Shown here: one piece after another, positions 1-11,739 of the stretch
Position numbering within the stretch: position 1 is the first letter of the stretch
How the letters are laid out: each line of letters starts with the position of its first letter
DNA from: Chiloscyllium plagiosum
Lineage: Eukaryota
Assembly: GCF_004010195.1 (NCBI RefSeq)
Contig: NC_057719.1
Coordinates: forward strand, 3,955,902-4,019,901
DNA length: 64,000 bases
Direction of reading: 5' to 3'
Position numbers and translations under genes: made by a program
Notes under the pieces: model-generated
What the model was told of the DNA's origin: nothing
What the model saw: only the letters and a program-made list of their open reading frames with translations
The model's database searches: none

Positions 1-618
1 ATGCGATGTATTCCAATCAAACTCTCCTGCAGGTGTTGCCTCTTGCTGAGCTATATGGTCACCAGTTCTGGCTTTCCTCCAACATGTCACTCAAAAGTCA
101 TTCTTCAGGTCTGAGCTTAATAGTGAGTGTCAGTAGGATGAACAGTGAAGGGCATTGGAGTCAAAACCCATACCTGCCCTATCGTGTGATGACAAAGAAT
201 TACCTGAAAGCCCACAATTTCTTTTTTGTTTGGACCAAACATCCAACTGTCCACCTCTTTTGGTTTGGTGCTATTTCTATCTGGGAACATATCTGAAGGA
301 TGCTGCTGTAGGGTAGCTCAGTAAATGTAAGTTGCTGTTAAGTGCAGTAGACACTACAGGTTTGTAAATATTTGAATTTCTTGTTTGATATAATACTGAA
401 ATAAACACAAATAATTTGCATTTATTTAGAACTTTTAACCTCTCAAAATAACAAATTCTTTAATTTAGATGTGTATCAAAACTCCTGAAATTTTCTCCAA
501 TTCCTTATCCATTATTCTCTTACATTTTACTGGTAAAATAAATGCAAATTATGTGTCCACATATATACTTTGGGATTGTTTATGCTCTGGTTGCCAAACA
601 TTGTTTGTGATTTTACAG

Positions 619-714
619 TGCAATCCACCCCTGGAGGTGAAGGATTTGTTTAAAGATATGCAAGATGGGAAGATCCTGATGGCTTTGCTGGAAGTGCTAT
701 CTGGGCAAAGACTG
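619..714 (+). CDS. CLMN: Calmin internal coding exon (CH1 domain, CNPPLEVKDLFKDMQDGKILMALLEVLSGQRL)
   Basis: tttacAG acceptor at 617-618 and CTG|gtaaag donor at 715; 96 nt, phase 0-0; peptide closely matches the calmin first calponin-homology domain as recalled. Confidence 0.93.
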
Positions 715-1585
715 GTAAAGTTATTTAACACAATTGCACTTCTACAAACTTGTAGTTTATGACTTTGTTTATTTTGGTGCAATATCTTTACATAGCGGTA
801 GATATCCTAGTGAGGAATATTATCATTAAGCAACTGTTTCAAAATGTTCAATAGCAATAAAAGTTATCTTCAATGTTTACAAATCACTACTTGAGTCTCA
901 ACTGAACTATTCTGTCCAAATCTGAACACTGTGCTTTAGAAAGGATATCAAGGTCTTAGAGTGGGAACAGAAAAGATTCACAGAATGGTACCAGTGTTCA
1001 GAGATTTCAGCATTACATTGGTGAGATTAGAGAAGGTTATGATTGTTCTCACTGTTAATATAGTGACATTCAATATGATGAGTCACCTATTTGAAAATTA
1101 TCTAATTATCAAGTTAGCCGAACATCAGTTTCTGGGGAATGCTAGACTTTATTATTAGGAGCTGTTAACAAAATCATAACATGAGAGTTCAGTAAACACA
1201 TTTATGACAGGAAATTTTGTATTTGACAATTCCGTATTAGAATGCAACTAGTGTGGTTAAGGAGAACCAGTAGATGTAGTGTATTTAGATTATAACAGGA
1301 GCATTCAGTAAAGAGCCTTACAATTTAAAAAAAAATAAAATTAGCATCCGTGGAATTGTTTATCAGCTCAGATTGAGAATTGGTTAATGATCAGAAACCA
1401 AAGACTAGGAATAAATATATACTTTCATGTTAGTAAACTGTATCAGTGAAATACCACAAGAATGGTACTTGGGCTTCAGCTATTTACAATCAATTTGAAT
1501 GACATTTGTGAGTGTGATTATTCAAGTTTGCTGATATTTCAAAGTTGGGTGGAAACGTCAACGGTGAGGAGGATGCAAAGAGGAA

Positions 1586-3260
1586 TCACAGAATTTTACA
1601 GAACAAAAGGTGGCCATTTGACCTATTGATTCTTCTGTACTTGCTCCCAAAACAGCCACCCAGCTAGTCCCATTCTCGAGCACTACCTTCAAAGCCCTCT
1701 AAATTCAACACTTTTAAAATATATATCCAGTTCTTTTTCAAAACATCATATGGACTCCACCTCCACTCACTCTCCCAGTAAGTGCATTCCAAATCCTAAT
1801 AACTCTGAGTAATTAAGTTATTCATAGTCTCACTACCAGCTCTCTTGTTGACAATCTCAAAATTGTAACCCCTAGTTACTGACATATCAACTAGTGGAAA
1901 CAGAATTTTCTTCTTTACCCTGTCAAAATTGTTTATAACTTTGAAGGCCTCAACAAAGTCACCTCCTTAATCTTCTCTGCTCCAAGAAGAATAAGGAGAA
2001 AGTGAGCTTTGCAGATGCTGGAGATCAGAGTCTAGAGTGTGGTGCTGGAAAAGCACAGCAGGTCAGGCAGCATCCAAGGAGCAGAAGAATCGACGTTTCG
2101 GACAAAAGTCCTTAATCAGGAATGAGGTTGTGAGCCAAGGGGATGGTAAGATAAATGGGTGGAGGTTTGGGCTGGGGAAAGGTAGCTGAGAGTACGATAG
2201 GTAGATGAAGGGGGGAGGTAATGGTAATAGATCAGAAGTGTTCAACTCCCCCTTGCTTTCTGCAAAGGGCATGGAGGAGCCCCAGAACCTACATCGCCAC
2301 TCCTTAACCACCTAACGCCTGAAGGAAGAACGCCTCATCTTCCGCCTCAGGATCCCCCAACCCCATGGCATCAATGTGGATTTCACCAGTTTCCTCATTT
2401 CCCCTCTCCCCACCTCATCCCAGATCCAACATTCCAACTCAGCACCGCCCTCATGGCCTGTCCTACCTGTCCATTGTCCTTGCCACCTATCCACTCCACC
2501 TTGCCCTCTGACTTATCACTATTACCATCACCTCCATCTCCCTAACGCACTCTCAGCTACCTTCCCCAGCCCTTCAGTGCTTTTCCAGTACCACACTCTC
2601 AACTCCAAGGAGAATAAATCCAATTTTTCTAATCTTTTCTTGTTTCTAAAATCCCTCATTCTTGGTGTCATTCCATAACCCCTTTTGTGCTCTCTACAGG
2701 GCTTTAACATCCTTCCTTAAATAAAAGTGCTCAAAAGTGAACGCACTACTCCAAGTGTGGCCTGACCAATGATTTGTAGAGGTGTAGCACTTGCTTACTT
2801 GCTTTTATACTCTATATTCCTCTATTTATAAATCCAAGGGTCCTATAACCCACCTTAACAATTGTTGCAACTTGCATGGTTATCTTCAGAGAATTATGCG
2901 CATGAACCCCAAGGTCCCTCTGCTCCTCTACTCTCCTCAAAATTGCACCATTGAACCTGGATTATCTCTCTATGTTTTTTCAACAAAATTGCATTACCTC
3001 ACATTTGTCAGCATTGAAATTCACCTGTCCGGTGTCTGTCTATTTAGCCAACTTGTCAATGTTCCTCTGAAGTTACTCAGCATTATTCTCACAATTCACT
3101 ATTCTCCCTAGCTTAGTATCATCTGCAAATTTTAGAGATTTTGCCCTCAACAACCATCTTCAAACAATTTTTATAAATCAGAAAAAGCAAATGTCCCAAC
3201 ACTGATACTTGGGGAACATCACTTTCAACTCTTTTCCAATCTGAAAAATGAGAAAAAGAG
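1586..3260 (-). mobile_element. CR1 LINE 3' fragment (decayed), interrupted by a Penelope insertion
   Basis: ORF 2528-2710 has CR1 C-terminal motifs (RLEKLDLFSLE); resembles copies at ~21170-22010 (-) and ~24160-24640 (+). Confidence 0.75.
1995..2602. mobile_element. Penelope-like element remnant with inverted terminal repeat parts and a 15-bp TSD
   Basis: Flanked by ctccaagaagaataa (1980-1994) and ctccaaggagaataa (2603-2617); GIY-YIG C-terminal peptide RLKEERLIFRLRIPQPHGINVDF on +; hammerhead-like motif on - at ~2088-2123. Confidence 0.75.
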
Positions 3261-3989
3261 AGTGTGGTTTAGAACATGGCAAGTGTTTTGTGATGTGGAA
3301 AAATTACTAGATTGGCAGATATAATAGAAAATATATTTATTTTCAAATGATAAGAGATGATCTCACTGAAAGATATAGAATTCTTTAGGAGTTTGCCAGG
3401 GTAAATGCTACAAGAATATTTCACTTGGCTGGTCATCTCAGATATATGTAAGAATAATAGGGTTGTAATAGTAGGGAATGTTAACTTTCTCCAGACATAG
3501 ACTGGGACTACCATAGTGTTAAGGGCTTGGATGGTGAGGAATTTGTTCGATGTGTTCAAGAAAATTTTCTTTATTAATATGTAGATGTACCCACTAGAAA
3601 ACGAGTAAAACTACTTTCTGTTGGGAAATAAGGCCAGGGCAAGTGACTGAAGTGTTGGGGGGAACACTGTGGAATCAGTGATCATAATCCTATTAGTGTT
3701 TAAATAGTTATGGAATAGGATAGGCCTTGTATAAAAATAAAAGTTATTAATTAGAGTAAGGTGAATTTTGCTGGTATGAGACAGAAACTTTCAAGAGTTG
3801 ATTGAAGTAGACTGTTTGCAGGTAAAGGGGCGACTGGTAAGTGGGAAGTTTTCAAAATTCAGATAACCAGTTCAGAGGCATTATATTTCTGTTAGAATGA
3901 AGGGTAAAGTTGATAAAAGTAGGGAATGGTGAATGAATGAAGATATTGAAGTTCTGGTCAAAAATAAGGAGTCCTATATTGGGTATAGA

Positions 3990-5155
3990 CATAAGAACTA
4001 GGAGCAGGAGTAGGCCATTTGGCTCCTCAAGCCTGCTCCACCATTCAATATGATCATGGCTGATCTTTTCGTGGACTCAGCTCAATTTACTTGTCCCCTC
4101 ACCATATCCCTTAATTCCTTTATTGTTCAAAAAAAAAACACTATCTTAGCTTTAAAAACGTTTACTGAAGTAACGTCAACTACTTCACTGGGCAGTGAAT
4201 TCCATAGATTTACAACCTCTGGGTGAAGAAGTTCCTTCTCAATTCATTCCTAAATCTGCTCCCCCTAATTTTGAGGTTATGCCCTCTTGTCCTAGTTTCA
4301 CATGCCAGTGGAAACATCCTCTCTACTTCTATCTTATCTATTCCCTTCATAATTTTATATGTTTCTATAAGACCCTCCCCCCATTCTTCTAAATTCCAAT
4401 GAATATAATCCCAGTCTACTTAGTCTCCTTATAAGCTAACTCCCTCAACTCCAGAATCAACCTAGCGAACCTCCTCTGCACCCCCTCTAGTGACAGTACA
4501 TCCTTTATGAAGGAAGGAGACTAAAACTGCATGCAGTACTCCCAAGTGTGGCCTCACCAGCACCCTGTACAGCTGCAACATAACCTGTCTGCTTTTAAAC
4601 TCAATCCCTTTAGTAATGAAGGACAAAATTCCATTTGTCTTCCTAATTACTTGTTGTACCTGCAGACAAACCCTCTGTGATCCATACACAAGGACACCCA
4701 GGTCCCTCTGCATAGTAGCATGCTGCAACGTTTTACCATTCAAGTAATAATCCTTTTTATTGTTACTTCTACCAAAATGGATGACTTCATATTTATCAAC
4801 ATTGTATTCCATCTGCCAGACCTTTGCCCACTCATTTAAAGTATCTATGTTCCTCTGCAAAGTTTCACAGTCCTCTGCACACTTTGATCTGCCACCCATC
4901 TTAGTGTCACCTGCAAACTTTGACACACTACACGTAGTCCCCAACTCCAAACCATCTACATAAATTGTGAATAATTGTGGTCCCAACACTGATCCCTGAG
5001 GCTCACCACTAGTTACTGATTGCCAACTAGAATAACACTCATTTATCCCCACTCTTTGCTTCCTGTTAGTCAACAAATCCTCTATCAGTGCTAATACTTT
5101 AACCGTAACGCCTTGCATCCTTATCTTACGCAGCAGCCTCTTGTGCTGCACCTTC
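3990..5155 (-). mobile_element. CR1 LINE reverse transcriptase 3' fragment
   Basis: ORF 4462-5151 with [24 protein letters not shown] (decayed FADD) and RDLGV motifs. Confidence 0.9.
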
Positions 5156-5248
5156 CGAATAGTCTGATACTACTGGATATTTAATTCTCAGTTGTGACCA
5201 TCCTGTAACTATGTTGTGGTTCTGTTTGCTGAGCTGGGAATTTGTGTT

Positions 5249-5288
5249 GCAGACGTTTCGTCCCTTGTCTAGGTGACATCCTCAGTGC
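5249..5288 (-). ncRNA. Minimal type I hammerhead ribozyme motif (Penelope terminal repeat), intact
   Basis: Minus strand GCA-CTGAGGA-T-GTC(A)CCT-AGACA-AGGGAC-GAAA-CGTC-TGC: stem I GCA/TGC, 6-bp stem II, GUC cleavage site, ACGT palindrome in place of stem III. Confidence 0.8.
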
Positions 5289-5547
5289 TTGGGAGCCTCC
5301 TGTGAAGTGCTTCTGTAATATTTCCTCCGGCATTTATAGTGGTTTGTCTCTGCCGCTTCCGGTTGTCAGTTCCAGCTGTCCGCTGCCGTGGCCGGTATAT
5401 TGGGTTCAGGTCGATGTGTTTGTTGATAGAATCTGTGGATGAGTGCCATGCCTTTAGGAATTCCCTGGCTGTTCTCTGTTTGGCTTGTCCTATAATAGTA
5501 GTGTTGTCCCAGTCAAATTCATGTTGCTTGTCATCTGCGTGTGTGGC

Positions 5548-5557
5548 NNNNNNNNNN
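5548..5557. other. Assembly gap (10 N)
   Basis: Run of n bases. Confidence 1.
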
Positions 5558-5714
5558 TTCTTGATGTATGGTAACGTGGCTAGTCCTTTGGGTTGTGGCA
5601 TGTCCTCATTCCGTTGTCTTTCCCTTAGGCATCTGTTGATGAAATTGCGGGGGTATCCGTTTTTGGCGAATACATTGTAACTTCTTCCTCTTTTTGGAGT
5701 TCTGGTGAAGGTTC

Positions 5715-6190
5715 AGTAAAGATTTACTAGGATCTTGTTGGGATTGTTGGGATTGGAAGGTTTGAGTATAAGGGTAGGTTGGGACATTTTTTACAGGAGT
5801 GTAGGAGATTGAGGGGTGACCTTATAGAAGTTTATAAAATCATTAGCATCATAGATAAGGTGAATAGCAAATGTCATTTTCTTAGGGTAGGTGAGTTCAA
5901 AACTAGAGGGCATAGGTTTAAGGTGAGAGGAGAAAGATTTCAGAGAGATCTGAGGGGCAACTTTTTCACAGAGCATGGTTCATGTGTGGAATGAACTGCC
6001 AGAGAAAGTGGTAGATGCAGGTACAGTTACAATATTTAAAAGACATTGGATAGGTATATGAATAGGAAATCTTTAGAGGGAAATGGGCGAAATACAGGCA
6101 AGTGAGATTAGTTTACTTTGGGGAAACTTGGTCAACATGGATGAGTTGGACTGATGGATCTGTTTCTGTGCTGTATGACTCTGACTCAAT
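5715..6190 (+). mobile_element. CR1 LINE 3' end
   Basis: RRLRGDLIEVYKI, TRGHRFKV and NFFT motifs; ends in a ctgtatgactct-type CR1 tail. Confidence 0.88.
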
Positions 6191-6458
6191 GGTGAGTCTA
6201 CAACTAGGAGGGTGCATTATCAGAATATAAAGTTTGGAATTTTTGGAATGCGAAGCAGGACAGGATCGTGCATGATCTAAGTATGATGTGAAGTAACATT
6301 TTTCTGGTTCTGCAAATTTGAGAAGGGGTGTATGGTCCGGTTTATCATTTTGTATGGTTGGCAAATAACAGCAGAATTCATGCACATAGTAATTTTCTTT
6401 TTAGACATCACAATCTTGCAAATATTGAATTGACTAATAGTTCTTTTACTTTGCCCAG

Positions 6459-6542
6459 ATGCAACAGTATAAACATTCCACTCATCGGATTTTCAGACTG
6501 AATAATATTGCAAAGGCCCTTCAGTTTCTGGAGGAAGGATAC
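6459..6542 (+). CDS. CLMN: Calmin coding exon (MQQYKHSTHRIFRLNNIAKALQFLEEGY)
   Basis: ttgcccAG acceptor, TAC|gtaagt donor; 84 nt; HRIFRLNNIAKAL motif characteristic of calmin CH1. Confidence 0.93.
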
Positions 6543-6989
6543 GTAAGTATTTTATTTGGGGCATTGGGGCTATGTCAACAACCTTTGTTCAATTTACACA
6601 TGTCTATAGTTGAAAATAGATTTCAGTTGCCTCAGTTAACTTCATTAGTGGCTTCTGTAAAGGGTGTAACAACACTGACCACCAGACTATCCTCTGTGCA
6701 CCACCTGGTTGATTCAATGTAGGCAATGTAGATAAATGCCAACTTTACTGACTTGGGAAAACTACACATTGATCTACTGCTCCTACAATCTGGTTACTTC
6801 CCTTAATATTTAGCATTCTAACAATAAGATGTAATTGAAACTTTCAAATTTAATACTTACATTGAAATTTATGATGCATAATTGTTATTGAGGCACTGCA
6901 AATTGTGATGTGGAATCTTGATCTGAAATATCTGTCCTGTAACTGCGAATGTTTTGAATATTAACTAGCCAGTGCCTCATTGTTTGTAG

Positions 6990-7082
6990 GTGAGACTGGT
7001 CAGCATTGATGCACATGAGATTGCCGATGGCAACCCTTCTATGATCCTTGGCTTAATCTGGAATATCATTCTCCATTTCCAG
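6990..7082 (+). CDS. CLMN: Calmin coding exon ([31 protein letters not shown])
   Basis: tttgtAG acceptor, CAG|gtaagg donor; 93 nt; actinin-type actin-binding signature (IADGN..LGLIW.IILHFQ); too short for the ORF track. Confidence 0.94.
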
Positions 7083-9410
7083 GTAAGGTAATGGCATCCC
7101 TCTCTTCATAGACTGAAAGGTCAGCAAATCATTCTCAACTCTTTCAATCTAGTCAACAAAGTTGGGATTTGGTTATTTTGTATATTATTTGCTAGCTAAT
7201 GTTATGACAATACACTTCAAATGATAGGGTGCTAAAGTGGTTGTTTGCCAATCATGCTTGTGCCTGATCCTCTGAAAGAGCTACATAGTTAGTGGCACTC
7301 CTTTCCCCCATAACCTTCTATCTTTTTTCACATCAAGTATTTACCTGATCAGTTTTGAAATTGGAACAACAGTGGGACATTTCAGTCAGTTGAGCTTGGC
7401 CTGCTATTTAATATATTTGTATACTTCTTTAAAAAGGTGACGAATACTTGCTTAGTACTCCAGTTGTGACCTCACTAGTAAACTGTATACTGAAGCATAA
7501 CCTCCCTACTTTTGTATTCAATTCCCCTTCTCATAACATTCTATTAGTTTTCCTAATTATTTGCTGTACCTACATCCTAACCTATTGCAATTCATGCACA
7601 AGGACCCACAGAAGCTCTCCCATCTCAGAGCTCTGCAATCTCTCACTATTCAAGTGAATATGCTTTGTTTTTATTCTTCCTGCCAAAATGGACAATTTCA
7701 CATTTTCCCACAGTATACTTCAATTGTCAAATGTTTTGCCCACTCACTTTTTTGTAGCATCATGTTCTTTAGAAAACTATCGCAACTGACTTGGGTGGTC
7801 TGCTAGAAATCAAGCTGTGCTATTTTCAGAGTTATCACAAAAGTTAGTGTTTACAAGAAATGCATGAAATCCACAAACTACTGATTGTCAGACATTCGTT
7901 GATAGAAAGTATGGACTAGGTTTTTGTACTCCTCAAGAAATCACCATTTATAATGGATCATTAGATTCTAGCTCTAGCTAAATGATTAAATTAAGTGAAG
8001 TAAGCTCTACAAATTAAAACTCTAAAGGCTTCATAGATTCCCCTTACACACACGCACCTGATTTCCCGTGCACACAGACAAACGTAAACACATGGATGGA
8101 GAGATTTGTAGCGTTGGTTCTTGCTGACCCAAACGCTCCTTGTTGACCCTCCTTTTTCCAAATGCTTCCACTGATTTACAAGGGAAGTAGGATGGTTGGT
8201 TCATATATGATAGATCTTTGACTTATCCAATTTGAAGTCATTACTTGCACTAACTGCTGAAGGAAAGACAGGCTTGAGCACTTTGGGTTTGGAGTGGCTT
8301 ACTATAGAAGAGTGAGAGAGAGCGAAGTTTGGTGGCTGCAGATCTGCTGGGTTCTCTTTTGGTCTTGAACTGTCTTTTTCATAGCCCAAGCTGTTCAGCT
8401 AACTGACCGCCAATCATCTTGTTATTGGCAAGCAGAAGCTTTGTGTCATTGATAATTTGCTCCGAGTTCACAAACCAATCTGTTTCATTCGTAAACCTAC
8501 TTCTTGGGTACAGAAACAGATAAACTCCTTTTATATACAAAACATGCAAGCATCCTTGTACATTGATTGGTTTCACAACAGTTCTTTCTAATTTCAGCCC
8601 ACAGTTTCAAAAAGTACAAAAATACAAAGCCATGGTCTTTCTACAGCTTACTTTCCTACTAATCTTTATGTCAACAACAAATTTGATGTCCATATCTTCC
8701 ACCACTTCATCCAAGTTATTATATGGAATATAAAAGTAGGGAGGTTTTGTTAAAATCTCTCTCATTTTTTTCCTCTCTCTTTTTCCCTGACTTCTGTATG
8801 TTACTCAGTGCTGCCATTGTGATACCTAATCTAATATGGTAATATTTAAACATCTAAAGTGGTGAAAGAAGATGGATCACCTGCTTTCCAGTATTATGAA
8901 GTGTGTCTCTAAGCGATTTGGAAGTGAAGACGGTTCCCCACCCCTTTACCATCAACCTGCACTGCTGCTGGATTGAAATGTATGTTTATCTCATCAGTTT
9001 CCATGCTATCCTGGAAGCATCGTGTGTTGAGATATACCTCTACAGATGTCAATTTGTGTTTCAGTACATTATCTCGTCATTCAGATGTGAGCCTCTTCAG
9101 TCAGTCAGTGATAAATGAAAGATTGTCTGATCTTGCTCCTCACTAATCTGAAGCTGCTGACAGCCATCATTCAACAGTGAACAAACAAACAATTGAACTT
9201 GATATTCCAATGAAATTCTCCTTGCCAGACCTGGATAGTTAAAAAAATATTCAAGCAGATGTCCACCTTGCCTAAGCAGAAGAGCTGATTAAAATTGGAA
9301 TTGAGGATTTAAGCTGTATGTCATGGGTGATTTTTATATGTTCATTTGAATGGTTCTTAACCAGGCATCAGGGTTAAAATAGCTCCCTCCATGTTATGTT
9401 CTGCAGTATT

Positions 9411-9646
9411 TAGAATCATAGAGATACACAGCACAGAAACTAACGCTTTGGTCTGACTCATCCATGCCGACCAAATATCCAAAATAAATCTAATCCCATT
9501 TGCCAGCATTTAGCTCATATCCATCTTAAACCCTTCCTGTTCAAAAACCTTTTTGGATCCCTTTTAAATATGGTAATTGTACCAGCCTCCACCACTCCCT
9601 CTGGCAGTTCATTCCATACATGCACCACCTTCCGCATGAAAAAGTT
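9411..9646 (-). mobile_element. CR1 LINE 3' end, ending ~30 nt before a CLMN acceptor
   Basis: VVHVWNELPEGVVEAGTITIFK motif on the minus strand. Confidence 0.85.
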
Positions 9647-9677
9647 TAACAAATATTTTTTGTTCCTTTTACTGCAG

Positions 9678-9865
9678 ATAAAGGAAGCAACAGGACACCT
9701 GAAGACTTTCTCTCCCACATCTTCCTTGTCTTCCTTGCACAGTGGAAGTGATAATGACCTGACGTTACACCGCACTCCTAAGGAAACAGCCCCTTCAGCT
9801 CCATACAAGGATCAGAGGAGGGTCATTAAAGTTCTCCTGAACTGGGTGCAGAGGAGGATTACAAA
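9678..9865 (+). CDS. CLMN: Calmin coding exon (Ser-rich CH1-CH2 linker and start of CH2, IKEATGHL...KVLLNWVQRRIT)
   Basis: actgcAG acceptor, AA|gtaggt donor; 188 nt ending in phase 2; the next exon supplies G to complete AAG (Lys). Confidence 0.9.
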
Positions 9866-11516
9866 GTAGGTTTCAACTTCATGCTGTTTGTTTTATTTAG
9901 AGCAGAACCTTCATTTATGTTGCGCTTGCAATCTGGAACTCTTCTACTCCTTTTCTTCTCTTTCCCACTTTTAAAAGCCTTCCATAATCTACTGCTGGCC
10001 ATGTGGTTGGCAAATTTCCAACTTGGAATCCACTACATTATTATTATGTACTCAATGGTTCAGTCAGTACCACACTCAGCAGATAATGGCAGTGTTCCCT
10101 CTCCTGCTCAATATCACAAGTCATAGATTCAAGCCCATATCAAAGACTATATCGTCGTTCCTTCACTTCAGTCATAATCTTAAAACTCCCTTCTACATAA
10201 GGTGTGTCTATACCCAAAGGATTATAGCCGTTTTCATGGGGGCAAATCACCACCATCACCTCTTCAATAATTAGGGATGTGCAATTAATGCAGATATAGC
10301 CAGCCACACCCACATCCCTTGAATGAATAATAAAAAACATACAGTTCTTAAGGGAGGGTTTACTCCCTGCTTTTTTTGGATGAGTTTGGTAAATCAAAGT
10401 GCCTTGTACGCTCGCAGGTGGTAAAGATACCATTACATTCACCAACATTCATCCCTTAACAAACACCTAGATATAGAATATGTCACATTATGTCATTGCT
10501 GTTTTTGGGAGTTTGTATGCAAATTCATATGTTCCTCACAATACAACACTTGTCCCAAAAAAACCTATTTAGCTATGAAGCACCTTGGAACTAGGGGAAC
10601 ACTGATCTTTTTAGCTATACTTGAATGATGACATGACAATATGGACTAAATTCTGTAGGAAGATAACATTGACCAGGGGTGCATTCCTGAAATTCAGAAG
10701 GTTATGTGTTGATTTGCTCAAAATTTTGAGATTCTAAGGGAACAGATAGGATAGATAGACAGAAATTATATCCATTGGTTGGGAAAAGTAGGACTATGCC
10801 ATGGTATAGTCGAAAACTAGAAACTAGATGTTTAAAGAGTGAAATTAAGGAAAAAGGTGGCAGAAGTTTAGAATTCTCTTTCACAAATTGCAATTGATGC
10901 TAGATCTAATGATGATTTTTAGTGTTAAATCAGATTAGTACACTTTGTTAACTAAAAGGAGGAGTAATAAGTTGATATGTATGGAGTTATATTGCAGATC
11001 AGACATGATCTCACTTAATAGAGGGTTAGGTTAGAGGGTCAATTTTTTTGTGGGCTGTGAAAGGTGCCATTGAAATAGTTATTCCACATTTTAAGTGCCA
11101 AAGGATATTTTTGATATTTTAAAACCATGTATAAAAAAATGACTTGCATTCTGTACTTGGTGTCTTTCATGATCTAAGAGCAAAATACTTTACTACCAAC
11201 TTATTGTGCATTACTGATGTTACAGTAATTGTAGATCTATTCACACTTTTAAGGATTGTGTGATCTATCTGATGGCATTATTAGACAAGTTAGATCACAG
11301 AATTAAATCTGGCTTGATAGATCATATGTTGATTTTGTTTCTATTTAACAGTGTTTTTTCACTAAAACACAATGGTGCAGATTTGAAGTTAACAATACAA
11401 TAGGATTTCATTGTGTAATAGAAATGAAGTTAAAATAGAATAAACCAAGCAAATCACATATAACACAATGTGGAAGATTTCAAAACATGCTGTGAAAATA
11501 TTACTCCCTCTATCCC

Positions 11517-11665
11517 ATGATTTGGAGGTGCCAGTGCTGGACTGGGGTGGACAAAGTTTAAAAATCACACCACACCTGATGAAAAGGCAGCACCTTGAAA
11601 GCTAGTGCTTCCAAATAAACCTTTTGGACTGTAACCTGGTGTTGTGTGATTTTTAAATTTGTTCC
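11517..11665. mobile_element. Short Penelope terminal-repeat insertion with an inverted 5' segment
   Basis: Inverted halves aaaaatcacac...gtgtgattttt; same repeat family as 39100-39225, 41820-41915, 45510-45600, 47782-47950 and the end of the GIY-YIG element at 50597. Confidence 0.7.
11573..11607 (+). ncRNA. Minimal hammerhead ribozyme motif (Penelope repeat), sense in a CLMN intron
   Basis: CAC-CTGATGA-A-AAGG-CAGCA-CCTT-GAAA-GCTA-GTG. Confidence 0.7.
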
Positions 11666-11739
11666 TCCATCCCAATATAGTAATTTTACAATAGTCCAAA
11701 TACCAGAGGGAATTTTCTCTCTGTCTATAGGTTTTTGTT

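Larger units (their letters stand above)
5210..5680 (-). mobile_element. Penelope-like retroelement 3' part (GIY-YIG endonuclease C-terminus plus terminal repeat), spanning an assembly gap
   Basis: ORF 5269-5601 HADDKQHEFDWDNTTIIGQAKQRTAREFLKAWHS is typical of the PLE endonuclease tail; hammerhead in the terminal repeat. Confidence 0.8.
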
